Shown: in pieces, positions 1 through 13,339 of the stretch | How positions within the stretch are numbered: the stretch's first letter is position 1 | How the letters are laid out: the number at the start of each line of letters is the position of its first letter | Made by a program: the position numbers and the translations under genes | NCBI RefSeq assembly: GCF_964355755.1 | Contig: NC_092671.1 | Location: 10,478,001-10,542,000 of the forward strand | DNA: 64,000 nucleotides | From: Antedon mediterranea | Lineage: Eukaryota; Animalia; Echinodermata | Direction: 5' to 3' | The notes under the pieces: generated by a model | Database searches by the model: none | Seen by the model: the letters and a program-made list of their open reading frames with translations, nothing else | Told to the model about the DNA's origin: nothing

Positions 1-1435
1 AAACAAAGAGTTCGTAATTGCCACATTTATGGATTTGTCAAAGGCATTTGATATTATTGACCACAGTATCTTACTGAACAAGCTATTCCACTATGGTATA
101 AGAGGTGTTACACTAAAATGGTTCAGTAACTACTTAAAATCACGAAAGCAATATGTTTTTATAAATGGTACTTCGTCTAATATTAAGGAGACTAGTATTG
201 GTGTTCCACAAGGGTCCGTTTTGGGACCTTTGTTGTTTCTTGTATATGTAAACGATATATGTAACTCAAGTACACAAATTGAATTAATTAGCTTTGCCGA
301 TGATACAACAAGTGTGGAAATAACCTGAACGCATTGGCAAACACTATGAATGTGGAACTAGATAGAATTAATATGTGGTTCAAAGCTAATAAACTTTTAT
401 TAAACACCAGCAAAACAAATTACGTAATCTTTAAAACTGCCCAAAGGCGTATTATTACAACCAACATTGAATTGAAAATGAATAACATTACTTTAGAACA
501 ACAAAAAAATGTAACATTTCTTGGGGTTGTAATAAATGAGAACCTTTGCTGGAAAAATCATATAAGGCTTATTAGCAAAAAAACCGCTAGGTCTATTGGA
601 ATATTGATAAAAACTAGACATTTTTTTCCTAATTATATTTTAACAAATTTGTATAATACATTAATTCTACCGCACCTTCAGTATGGAAACATTATTTGGG
701 GCAGTACATATGATAGTACACTAGAATCCCTTCTTAAACTCCAGAAAAAGGCTGCTAGAATAATTTTATTTAAAAAGCCATGGCAACATTCTGAGCCACT
801 GTTTAAGCAATTAAATATACTTAACATACAAGATATCAACAGAGTTACCGTCCTAGGTTTCATGGCCCAGATTAAAAGCAATGTTTTACCCAGACGAATC
901 CAAATGATATTCAAAAGAAACGAAAATACTACCCATAATCTTCGAAATATTTGTAGCGTAAAACAACCATACTCTAGGTTAACGTCTGGTCAACATTTTA
1001 TCAGTATTCACGGACCGAAACTATGGAACGAGCTCTGTAGAAATCACTTAGATATTGTTAACAAAAATTATAAAATACTAAAAAAATATGTAAAAAGAGA
1101 CATTTTATCGAATTACAGAACTTAAAATGCTTCACTCATAAAATATAGATGCATATATTATGCATTTGTGTTGGTGTGTGCGAGTATACACACATAGTAC
1201 AAATAATCATGTTAAAAAAACAGTATCGATTTTTGATGATGAACAACTCTAAAATGTATATAGGAATGTTTTTTTTTTATTTTGTATCTATTATGTTGTG
1301 TTTATTGTTTTATGTTTTTTATGTAAAAGGGTCCTGCGAAAACAGAAGTGTAAACTTCTCTATGCAGGATCCTTGCCATCATTTATGCTATGAAACTGTA
1401 TTTATAAACGATGAGTAAATAAATGTGAATTGAAT
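1..1435 (+). mobile_element. Decayed non-LTR retrotransposon (CR1/L2-group LINE), 3' part of ORF2 reverse transcriptase plus 3' UTR/tail
   Basis: RT motifs DLSKAFD, GVPQGSVLGPLLF and FADDT (ORF 29-328). A frameshift leads into ORF 334-1125 (WFKANKLLLN, FLGVVI, YGNIIWG, GPKLWN). A 3' stem-loop at ~1329-1373 is followed by AATAAA and a GAATT tail. Confidence 0.92.
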
Positions 1436-2250
1436 AACAAATGTAATTTCATTTCAGAGGTTCCTTCGTAGAAAGATTTGCAATAATGTTCAAACCCGTT
1501 ATTCATTAATTGTAATTTCATTGGGTAGAAGATTTCTTCTCTTAATTTACTAAATGTATTACATTCTAACATAAAGTGTGCGATAGTTTTAGTGTCATTA
1601 TTGCAGAGTGCACACATACCCGTACTCGTGGGTGACCATGACTGTTTCCTACCTTCAAGGTTTAGAGAGTTCGATCTCGCCTTAAATTTCAAACAACTTC
1701 TTTTAAAGTCATTTTTGTAAAGAAGGTATGGTTCTAGTATCGGTTTATTCTTGTACAATATATATTGTGTCAGAGATGATTTTGATTGTGCTCTCTTCTG
1801 CCATTCGTTATTATCGATATCTTTGTTCTTGCATTTAGGCCTAAATTGAGTTAACCAATTACCAGGTGATTCGTTGGTGAACATATCACCCATGTTACAT
1901 TTATGTAAGGCTTCTTTAACCTGATTTAACCATCCCCATTTTAATTTATCTTCAAGAATGTTTATGGCGTTAAAAATCACATTGGACCATCTGTCCTTCT
2001 CCATGTTTTTTAGGCGGTTAAAATATTTAATCCGAGAGTAGTTTTGAAGCGATTCTAGTGATATAGAGCCTCTTTTGCAACGTTACGCGGAGCCTTAAGA
2101 ATGGTTCTCGCCATTAAAAACTGCAGGTTTTCAACTTTTGGCATTGTTGTTTTTCCGTTACAGTACCAAACTGAGCATGCGTAATTAATGGTAGGGATTC
2201 CGATAGATTTCCATAATAGGTCACCACAGGTGCATAACCTTCAAAGACGG
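1430..2250 (-). mobile_element. Decayed LINE ORF2 C-terminal fragment with zinc-knuckle
   Basis: ORF 1402-2004 has the LINE C-terminal CxxC..H..C motif (CALCNNDTKTIAHFMLEC). The frameshifted upstream part reads KSIGIPTINYACSVW..LQFLMARTIL up to ~2250. Confidence 0.8.
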
Positions 2251-2363
2251 ACACCTGTCGTCCATAAAGGACGCCACCATTAGTTAATTGACACTACTTA
2301 CAGAAGTTGTAAAAACCACTAATCGAATCACTGTCTCTCTGAAATTGTTGAAGAAGAGTCACT

Positions 2364-5300
2364 ATGGCTTCTTCTAAACTGTTGTGCCTTATTTTAGGCC
2401 TAGTTTATCTAAATGTTGTAAATGCTGTGGGATCTAATACTAATGAAACGGAGGCGATTCAGTTTCTTAACGACTATAACATAAAAGGGATGGAAGAAAG
2501 TTACATAACAACAGAATACGCTTGGACGTACAACACAAATATAACCGACTTTAACCAACAAGCTATGGTAAGTAGCCTACGCCTACTTTGTTACAATGTA
2601 CGAATTATAATAAATAGCACAATAGGCATACATGCTGAGGCCTATATAGTTTCATGAAGCTTGTTATTTTAACCGTAAACTGAAAGTTCGTATGTGAAAG
2701 GTAAACAAGTTGTTTCTACGTTTTACAATAATCAGCTAGGATGTGTAGCTATTATTATACAGGTCGGCTAAGAGATTATTTTTTTTTAATTAATTATTTT
2801 TATTCCTGTATTTATGTATGTGAACACTGATTTATGAAATCACTGAAAATTCATTCCGGCCTTGTAATATTTAGTCTATTTTAAGTAGGCCTACTAATAA
2901 TTAGACCATGCTTAAAAATACCAAGAAGTTACTAGAATTATTATCAAGCTATTAACGCAGCGTGAGTTTAGTCGAATGACGACGTATCGCGGCGTTCAAA
3001 CTTTGATTTACAAAATGTGTTCAAAGTTTCGTTGATTAGATTGTGTGTTACTTATTGTGATAAAGCAGACAATGTATATACTGATTTTGAACAATGACAG
3101 TTGATACAAAATTGATTTTGTATGCCAAACGAAAGTTTATCAACCAACTAATTAAAGCATCTACAACACACAGACTAAATTGGTCATATAAACGACTCTT
3201 CAGTCACCTTCCTATATTTGTTATAGTAGACCATGGAGTAAACTCCATGAGTAGACGGTGGTAATACTGTGTTACTATACTATACTGGGAAAAATCATTC
3301 TCACTAAACCATTACAGAAGCAGTTTTAAGATCGACAGAACCATGGGTTGTAGATATCTTTTTTAGTAGAAGGCGATGCACCTCTCGGTGAACTGTATAT
3401 TGATTTTTAATTTATGTAAGTTCTTCTGGGCCTCAGACATTCATGTTTTATGACTCTGTTGCTTTTGGGGTCCCAGGACATGATCGAATAAATAAATAAA
3501 ATGAAAATGAAATATGTCCACAGACATAATTCTATATCATAAACGTAAACGAATCGAATAGTTTACCTTGTTACAAAGTTTTATCACGGACACAGGACGG
3601 AAAAAGCCTCAGTGATCGGGATCGTTTCAGATATAGGCCTATCAGCTTTGAATCTGATGAATCACCAAATTCCAATAATCTCGTTAGACGCCGAGATCAC
3701 ACACTTTGAATTAAGATACTGTCGTATGCGGGTTTAAGGATCTTTAATAAGAAAAGATTCTTAACTTGGCTTTTGGTTTTATTAGGTTTTTCTTTGAACA
3801 GGAAATACAAATAGTAATACATTAGAAATTAATAATTAACATAAATCTCGTCTATGTTAATTCATACTTCCCCTTTCAATTCCCCTTTCAATGATAAAGG
3901 GATAGACATCAGTAAAAACCTCGTGTTTTTTATGTTACGAGATTTCTTAGTGATACGAGTGTTCAATAAATAATACATATGACGCAAATCGACATCTACA
4001 GATTTTTCATTTTTTAATAGGAAGATACTAATAATAGGTGCTACACTTATAATTATATTGTCCTTTGCTACACATGAGTCCTAGATAAGATCTTATTGTT
4101 AATTAATTGTTTTATAATAGGGCCTAGGTAGATTAAACTTGACCTAACGCATTATGATTATTGCTCCGTATGGAAACTTATCTTAAGTATATCATTATCA
4201 GATTAGTAAATAGTTAATATTTAAGCTAAAATACTATAATCGGATTGTGAGAAATGGTCATGGTTAGTTGCCAACTTGGAGTAGAAAGATACGATTTACT
4301 GCTGTTCTTTTTGATATCCGATTGATTCCGAGGATTGTTTGTTGCGGTCTGGTAGCGCCGTTGTATCTTGTTTAAAATGTTTGATGTCAACATGCACTAA
4401 CCTTCAGGCCTACATTACTATAATAATGTTAAAGATCAGACCTGTACTTCGTTGAAAAGAGTTACGGTCGTTTTATATTATATTTATTCGGCCTATGACA
4501 TCCGATTCTAAGGTGACTGGGTATGGGCTTCACATGGTACCGATGTTTGTTTAAGCGTGGTTCCCACTAGCGACGCAACACAAGGACGTAACGCAACGCA
4601 AGTGAATTGACCAATCACAAGCGATGGCTTATTCGCTTGTGATTGCTAACCGTCTATAACTTCGCTTGTCATTGGTTAAAACCCTTGCGTGGCGTTTACG
4701 TCCTTGCGTTACGTTCTAGTGGGAACCAAGCTTTAGGTATCTGCAGCAGCCCTGGATTGATCAGAGAGATACGGTGATTTACTAGTAATATTCCCCTCCC
4801 CCTTCCTATATTATGTCTTTGTTGAGCCGATAGATGCGTTATTAACCAATAAAACCAATAAAATACAAGAGTGTTTTATGGTGTTTGTAAACCTAATAGT
4901 CCTAGATAACACGTATTATGTAGCTAGATTTTTAACTTTCAACCCTAGAGGATGAATACCATAAAGCAGTTACTAATTTTTCTGAGGGTTTGTGTTATGC
5001 TTTGTCAAATATTTGAACTCTACTAGAATCAACCGACTTTTGTTTGAACAAAGCGGATAGGGTTGACTAAAGTCACAAGCTCGAAATTGTTACATAGTCA
5101 CATGAGTTGTTATGGAGCTTATGAAATATGTTTACCATACCCTTGATGTTATATCATGAAGAATATACTTCAGAATTTGTCCATCGGTTGAAATGTCATG
5201 TTAGGCCTACGTGTCAAAATAGAAAGAATAAATATGAAACATTTGACATATTAGGGCACATCACACTAGTTAGTGTAGACAGATCTTTGTTCGAAGAACA

Positions 5301-8300
5301 AGCATGAGTAAGAAAGATTTGTCATACAATTCAAGTTTAGAGAAACTAAACTAGTACGGTAATGACATAATTCAAGATAATATTTTAAGGTCAAGTATGT
5401 TGCCGTCGTTTCCTGTAAAAGTACATTCTAAGGATCATCACAATTCATCGTACTTTTAAAAAGCCCTTTTACTTCTCAAACAAACAAAAAACAGCAAGAT
5501 AAAGGGGTTTAATTAAAAGAGATCGCCTTCTTGTATTCGTGATCTCGAGTTATGACGAGTGTACTCAAATTAAAAAATAAAAAATAAAATTAATTTTAGG
5601 GCGATAATTGTTAATGTAATACCATTGTATTTTTAGATTAATAGAAACTTGGTACAAGCTGCATTTAATCAAGAAGCAAGAGCGAATGCTAGTGAATTTG
5701 ATTCCACTAACTTTTCACCGGATACAATCCGTCAATTGGGAGTGTTACTCTACATTGGAGACTCTGCTCTACCCAATGACAAATATGAAGAGGTTAGTGT
5801 AGTGTATAAACTTGCTATCCGGTGTGCATTTTATATTGAATACACATTTTAACGTCATATATTGTCTCTAGATAGGAACCTAATGACAGAGATATTGTGT
5901 ATTAAAAGTACTTAATACAGTTAGATTGGTATCTGGTAGACTGGCAACAGTCTTCCACAGAGAGTCTACTGACAGTCACAGAATCGGGTGAGATTTTGTG
6001 CGCTAATTATTCAGGGTTGCTTTGGGCTAGTAATTGTGCGTGCGTTAGAAGACTTCAGATTGCGCTAACCGTACTGTAACAAAACGTATAGCCTATACGA
6101 ACGCAACTGAGTTTATTTGATGAAATGTTTGCGGTGGTTCAAATTACCCATATAACGATATAGCGATACGTTGAGCGCATAATTATATTGATCGATGTGA
6201 TTAAGATATGCACTAAGTAGGCCTTATATGGCTCAACACATTTGACTGGTTGTTAATAGTAGAACCATTTCATATACTACTTCTATTTGTATAAAATGAA
6301 TGAATTGAAAACTCGAAACTCAAATGGTTCCTGTATTATATTCTTTTTTTGCCAAAGCTAAATGGAGTAACGGCATCTATGGAGACGAGGTACGCAACTG
6401 GCAAAGTGTGCGACGAGGAAGGGAAAAACTGCCAATCGCTTGAACCAGGTACCTACTTGCGTTCGGCACTTTGTTGTTGGACTTTATAATCTCTCCTTTA
6501 CGTTATATCAACAAAACGTGTTACATTAATGGATTGCTATTTATATATAAGCTGAGCAAACTTTATAATCAGCATTGTATGTTGTCGTTTTTTCCAGACG
6601 TTTATTCTAATCAGTACAGTAGAACCCCTATTATTCCGGACCCCAACAAATCGTACTCTCAATAGCCGTGTCTCCTGAAAAGGAGTTGACGTGTGTTAAA
6701 AGACACATTTCATATCGCTCGTATCACAGGAAAGTTCCGCCTTAATAGCGGTGTCCCTGACGGTGTCCAACATCCTACCGTAGTTTCAATGGTAATACAA
6801 TAAATGGATATTGATAATTACGATATAAATAAGAGATTAAAATGAATATTTCTCTTTTACTACTTCTTTCTAGACTTGACCCGAACTATGGCAACATCCC
6901 GAGACTATCTGGAACTGTTCAACGCCTGGGATGGATGGAGAGCGGCAGTGGGAGCTCCGGCTCGTGAGGATTACATCAGATATATAGTATTAAAGAACGA
7001 AGCGGCAGTAGCTAATGGTAAATTACAATTCAACAATGCATTATCTGTATTGTTTAGATACAGTAAAACAGTTTGGTGTTTAATCTCGTCCGAAGTGTTA
7101 ATACGGTATTTTCGTGGAAGAATCGACTAATATATTATTCCATTGCACTCATAACTCTCTATTCTTGTTGGCTATACAATTTAGAGTACAATCGGTGTGG
7201 ACTCTTTCAGAAATATAATATATCGGTTTTTTTCTTAGATCAGACGGATTGCGGTGCGTGGTGGCGCTCCTGGTACGAAGTCGACGATCTTCCGGGTGAT
7301 GTGCAGAAGTTGTTTGCTCAATTAGAACCACTGTATAAAAATCTCCATGCATATGTAAGAAGAAAGTTATACAACGTTTACGGTGAAAAATATATTAATC
7401 TAAGAGGGCCGATACCTGCTCATTTACTTGGTAAGTTCATCTAAGGTTCTGTCTACACTATCAAACATTTTTTGTGACAAAAAATGTGATGTGCCAATAT
7501 GAACATGATGATGTCATATCACTACCATATCTGGGTATATCACTAACATATTTTGGCACATTACACTTCTTTTTGTCAAACAAGTTTGATGGTGTAGACA
7601 AAGCTGTAGACAGTAAAACGTCGCAAAAGGAGGTACACAGAAGTCCTGCTGTCACTAATTAGCAGTCATTTTTGCTAATTATTAATTTATTTAGGCCTAA
7701 ACCTTTAAAATATGAGAGGAAAATACAATACAACAATGTGATATGTAAAACCGGGATCATCAATTTACGTCACATATTTCAAATAATTTATTCTATTGTA
7801 GGTAACATGTGGGCTCAATCCTGGAGTAACCTACAAGATCTTACCCAACCATTCCCAGATAAACCGTCTGTTGATATTACACCTGTACTCGTTGAAAAGG
7901 TAGGGTTTGGCAGGAAACAACCCAAAGGCTTCTATGTCTACCACACTATCAAACTAGTAGTGCCAAAAATACGGTAGTATACATTATCGTATTCCTATGG
8001 GCACATCCCTTATTTTTTGTCACAAAGTTTGGTAGTGTAGACAGAGCTTACAAGCTAACAGTAAGAACAGCAACAAGCCAATATCAGCCTTAACCTTATA
8101 TTACTATATAAAAATACATAATCTTTGATCTATATTATTATGTAAATGTAGGGCTACTAGGCGACGCATTTATTGGCATATAAATCCACCCTTGTTTTGC
8201 AGTTATTTTAAAACGTTTATTTATTCTAGAAATACGATGCTTTGCGAATGTTTCAAACATCGGATGAATTCTTCACATCTCTGGGACTTATAGCGATGCC

Positions 8301-11300
8301 GCAACCATTTTGGGATAAATCCATGATTGAAAAACCGACTGATGGTAGAGAGGTTGTGTGCCATGCTTCAGCGTGGGATTTCTCAAACCAAATCGACTTC
8401 AGGTATGTAGGAATACAAACATATGTATTAGCAGTTAGGAGTAGAATTGTAATTTCACTCTTCGCTGGTATTGGGAAATATAAAATAATTAAATTAATTT
8501 TAAATATTGCTTGAGACGCTTTCTAAAAATCGTTCGTAACTGCCTAATATTAGGGAGGTTTCGCAACCTTACGAATACGATAACGAAAACGGTTACGTGT
8601 GTGTGACGTATCCGTTCTCGTTATCGTATTCGTAGCGTTGCGAAACCTCTCTAGTCTATATTATACTATTCCCGCCGCTGCTCTAGCCAACTATGTCCCT
8701 TGAGGACATATTCATTAATAAGCTGTTTCATAGCGGTAGCTTTAGTATCTAAGGCCGACAGTTTTGCTAAAATGGAAACTCGACTATAATTTATAGGTCC
8801 CAGCTGCTGAACCCAAAAAACGTCTGGGATAAGAGTCTATGAAGGCTCACGGTTGAACGATTTTGGATTCTTGCCCTCTGATTGATTGACGTTGTCTCTA
8901 GTTGTATGCCTACAGTTCAAGTTGAGGTCACAGACAAACAGGCTACAGCACATTAAAGTTCAACATTGACCATTTTTTAATGTCATTTGAATTAGTAGAT
9001 TAATATTTGTTGGCAAATAATACATTGTTGGAAAGGTACACATGTCTTCTTTCAAATGCTGTGTATACAATTAACTAGTGAAAAAAATGGGCACGTAATT
9101 CATAATGTATCTATGAATGTATCTTTGCGATTAAAGAACATCTTTTTAATAATTAATCATAAATTAATCAAAAGAACAATGATTGATTTTAAAATGTCGA
9201 GCGGCGTTTTTTGTAAGAAATATTTCTTGTTATGTTTTATTTGGTCACTTTGTTGGAATAAGTGTATTGACAAATTTAATAGAATTAAGCAGTGTACTGA
9301 TATTACTATGGATGATTTTATTACGATCCACCATGAGATGGGACACATTGAGTATGATCTCCAGTACAAGAACCAGCCATTGGTATTTAGAGGAGGCGCC
9401 AACCCTGGATTCCACGAAGCTGTCGGCGATGTGTTGGCACTTTCTGTCGCTACACCAAAACATCTTAAGGCTGTTGGTTTATTAGATGAAGTTGTAGACG
9501 ACCTAGGTAAGTACGCGTTTAAGCGCGGCATTTAACATACACGTTTAAAGGTGCGTTTACACACTGGGCCCAGAATCCGGCCTCAGTGTGAACATAACGT
9601 ACCGCCAATGACAATGATGGTGGCAATGATTCACACGTACATCAACTGACATTGACACACTTCACGAGAAGAATTAACCAATACCGGTACTAACTGAATC
9701 CGGACCATATCACAAAACCTTAAAACTGCATATAAAACGCTATTGCTTTTGTTTTATATAATCTTTCGTGGGAATCATCCACCTTTTTTGTAATGTCTTC
9801 TTCTTTTCCCTAACATGACATAACTAAGATTTATGAAAGTGTTCTATTATGTAATCAATTATCCTTTCATATTGCTTGTTTTTAAAATAGAGGCCGATTT
9901 GAATTTCCTAATGAGTATGGCTTTAGACAAAATTGCGTTTCTACCATTTGGATACTTAATGGATGAGTACAGATGGAGTTTGTTTGACGGAAGTACACCT
10001 CATGATAAAATGAACGAAAAGTGGTGGGAACTTAGGTAAGAATCACTTAAAGCTCCCATCTCCATCTCTAAATTTTTGCAAGATTTTAGCAAATAAATTG
10101 TAATAACTTTTATTTTAATTTCAGAACCAAATATCAAGGTATTACACCACCAGTGAAACGGACAGAGGCGGACTTTGATCCAGCTGCCAAATATCATATT
10201 CCAGCAGATGTGCCCTATATCAGGTAGGTAATATACAATTCTCACACAATACCACAGTGGGTGTACATAGTGGCAATATAAACAAGGAATATTATATTGT
10301 TTTATTCCTAATTATTATTATGGGAAGTACAGTAGACTCAACTCACAAGATTCCCAGTGCTGTATCTCCACATGCTATCTATTTCCGAGGTATATTTGGT
10401 AATACAGCATCTATCACATGTGGTGCCTGTATCGTGTAAGGTTAATGGTTAGGTTACGATTAGATACTTGTGGAACACATGTTATGTTGCATTACCGAAT
10501 AGTCCTATGAAACTTTGGAAATAGATAGGCCTTCAGTATCGAGAATCAGAGCTACTTCACACTTATAGTTGAGCAGCTAACTTAGTATGAAGTGTAGACT
10601 TAAGTTTCAAGAACTGAATATTTGTATAAAACGATTGATCGAATTACAAGCGTTGGTCTTTACTAATTTTGTCAACCGTACGGTACGGTACGTTTTCCAG
10701 ATATTTTGTAAGCTTTGTGATTCAGTTTCAATTCCATGAAGCTTTATGCAAAGCGGCTAACCAGACAGATGAACCGCTTTACAAGTGTGATATCTACCAA
10801 TCTAAAGAAGCCGGACTACTATTATCGTAAGTTTACTCATAAATCTTTGATAAGAACTTGGAGGTCCAGTGCACACATCTCACTTGTGTGCACTTTAAAG
10901 CACCCCGTACATCTTTCGGAAGAATAAGGGGGTTACCCCGGTGTACTGGTCTATGCAGCCCTGCCGTTTGGTGGCAGCACTGGACACAAAGGGAGTAGAA
11001 AGTTGTGGTATGTGTCGTCCACACCTGTGCGCAATTTAGTTATTTCTCATGTACACTTTAATTTTACAATATGAACCAATTCTTTGTTCGCTTTTGCAAA
11101 GTTCCTTTTCGATAAACTTCTCCATCTTTGCCTTTATAATTTAATATCATATCAAATATGTTTTGTTTAGCAACATGTTGAGTCTCGGATCAAGTAAACC
11201 GTGGCCAGAAGCGATGGAACAAATCACAGGGCAACGAGAAATGGACGCAGGTCCTCTTGTCGAGTACTTTAAGCCGTTGACAGACTGGTTGATAGAACAA

Positions 11301-11722
11301 AACACACAAAATAACGAAGAGCTGGGTTGGCCCGAGTCAACATGGATGCCAGATGGTAAATACGTATTATATATGTTTATGTCTTCATCATGTTACAACG
11401 TAGTAACTACGCCTATTATAGGTAAGGTATCATACAATCGAGGGAGGATCCAGAAGAGGGATTAGATTTGGATGTAGAGAGGGGGGACAAAATTGTATGT
11501 TAGCGCTCCAGTTTAAAAAATTATTGGATTCGCCCCTGTCATTCTATAAAACACTACACATAATGTATCATAATCGATCGAATAAAATGAATAAAATAAT
11601 ATAATTATTTCTCTTTAAATTAAACAGCTCCACCATCCGGAGGTAGTACTATGGTCTTCTGTAACACTCTTCTCATTGCCGTGATGTCATTGGTGACGTT
11701 TCTTTTTGTCACAAAGCTATAG
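2364..11722 (+). CDS. ACE: Angiotensin-converting enzyme (peptidase M2), single catalytic domain, 13 coding exons
   Basis: Exons 2364-2567, 5637-5792, 6358-6448, 6874-7017, 7239-7430, 7802-7899, 8230-8402, 9283-9506, 9891-10035, 10125-10223, 10701-10826, 11171-11355, 11628-11722, all GT-AG and in phase. Signal peptide; [21 protein letters not shown], zinc motif [36 protein letters not shown]; hydrophobic C-terminus. Confidence 0.96.
4553..4733. mobile_element. MITE family A, copy 1 (~180 bp hairpin)
   Basis: Inverted ends AAGCGTGGTTCCCACTAG...CTAGTGGGAACCAAGCTT. Near-identical copy at 12402-12582 and a degenerate copy at ~24700-24842. Confidence 0.85.
6617..6781. mobile_element. Tc1/mariner-type MITE (CAGTAGAACC end, TA flanks)
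   Basis: Starts TA|CAGTAGAACCCCTATTA with internal GTGTCCC motifs. Related copies at ~48485-48722 and ~63230-63550. Confidence 0.6.
7444..7605. mobile_element. MITE family B (TGTCTACACTATCAAAC TIR)
   Basis: Inverted ends TGTCTACAC.ATCAAAC...GTTTGATGGTGTAGACA. Other copies at ~7926-8050 and 48211-48393, and one end at ~33612-33640. Confidence 0.8.
8551..8653. mobile_element. ~100 bp near-perfect hairpin MITE
   Basis: TAGGGAGGTTTCGCAAC..TACGAATACGATAACGA pairs with TCGTTATCGTATTCGTA..GTTGCGAAACCTCTCTA. Confidence 0.75.
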
Positions 11723-12401
11723 AGTAACTACCAAATGTCAACATATACAGCAGTCGACGAGATTAGATGTGCTATTACATCAATAATGACTTAACTGTTT
11801 CAACTGAAACTCATTTAACACATTAATAACTTATACCACGAATCGTAGACCAGTTTCTCTGGCAGCAATATTAAAAGATTAAATCATTATTTACATGCAC
11901 TTGATGTGCATACGGGATCTGTTTTAAACAATTTCCAGTACTGTTATTAAACTTTTTACCATATTTTGATGGTACAATCAATATAAATTTGTCATTTTCA
12001 CACAAGGCCCTTATAATTCGTATCATGTGAAGATACGTCTTTGATCAACATCTAATCAGAATGAAATAATGCAAAATGATTTTATTATTATTATTATTCT
12101 CATTATAAATCTTATTCGAATGAAAAGTTGGTGTATTTCCGATCTCTTGTTTGGTTACTTCGTTCGCATTGATTTGATCGTCGATTGTGATTACATTTTG
12201 ATATGAAATTATATAATTTATAAGCATCTTTTAAAATTATGATGTAAAATATCTGTCAGATTTTGTAATAAATATGTTAGAATATTATTAAAAACATCCC
12301 ATTTTGTAGCTTCTTTCTGTGCATTTCTAAATTTGGGCTGAAGTATAAATTGAAAACATAATTAATTGTCTTATCATGGACCGTACGGACCTATACATTT
12401 A

Positions 12402-12582
12402 AAGCGTGGTTCCCACTAGCGACGCAACACAAGGACGTAACGCAACGCAAGTGAATTGACCAATCACAAGCGATGGCTTATTCGTTTGTGATTGCTAACT
12501 GTCTATAACTTCGCTTGTCATTGGTTAAAACGCTTGCGTTGCGTTTACGTCCTTGCGTTACGTTCTAGTGGGAACCAAGCTT
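12402..12582. mobile_element. MITE family A, copy 2, immediately upstream of the PEX39-like promoter
   Basis: Differs from 4553-4733 at only a few positions. Confidence 0.85.
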
Positions 12583-12614
12583 AACTTGCGTTTAATTCTT
12601 ACGTTACCGTAGTA

Positions 12615-12760
12615 CTTATGCGCATGCGTAATATAATTCATAAAAATAGGTGTCGTCATGGGATTTCGAAACTACTAACCAATCAGAAACAACAGGCATC
12701 ATCTATCATCATCACCACACGCAGTGCGGCGACAGAGCAAAATAAAATGGTGAATGAATT
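12615..12760 (+). promoter_or_regulatory. Probable promoter and non-coding first exon of the PEX39-like gene
   Basis: NRF1-type TGCGCATGCG (12619-12628), CCAAT box (~12679), AAAATGG, and a strong donor GTAAGT at 12761. The next acceptor is at 18950-18951. Confidence 0.55.
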
Positions 12761-13339
12761 GTAAGTTTAATTTATTAAATTATATGAGGATTTTAAAATT
12801 TTTGTTTAAATTCACATCATCAGGATCATGCTGATCTATCATGAAGTAAACATGGTCACTCTACCTTGAACTTAACCGCGGATCTGCCAAACAGGCCTAG
12901 GCTTAGCCCTACTAGAGCCTAGACAACAGTCTATCAGCAGGAAGGATTGATTCAGGCTAAGTATCTTACATCTCACGGGTCGTCCCAAGAGAGCTTGATA
13001 TTTATAATGGGTAAAACGTATGTGTTCTATATTATGTATTCACAGATTCTATAAATAGCCTACATAAAAGAAGAATCACATCACATTTTAATGGTTCTCC
13101 AAAAACGCATTTTAAGAGAGAGGAAGATCCTTTTTATCGTCTGTTCCTCCTCTCTGCTGTGTAGTGAGTGTGTAGGCTAGTAGGAGACCATCTTATGCTA
13201 ATCGGTAAACACATTTTGTTAGTTAAAAGAAAAAAAAAAGAGCAATTATGAGGAGTTGCAAAAACAGCGCTGTAATCATGGACCATTACATGGAGTAAAA
13301 CAAAACCATCTGCTGCTGTAGTAAAACCAAAACCAAAAC

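Noticed and set aside
9157-9531. Antisense ORFs over ACE (likewise 22587-22799, 51813-52094, 59475-59678)
   Set aside because: They are shadow ORFs opposite real exons, with no independent motifs.
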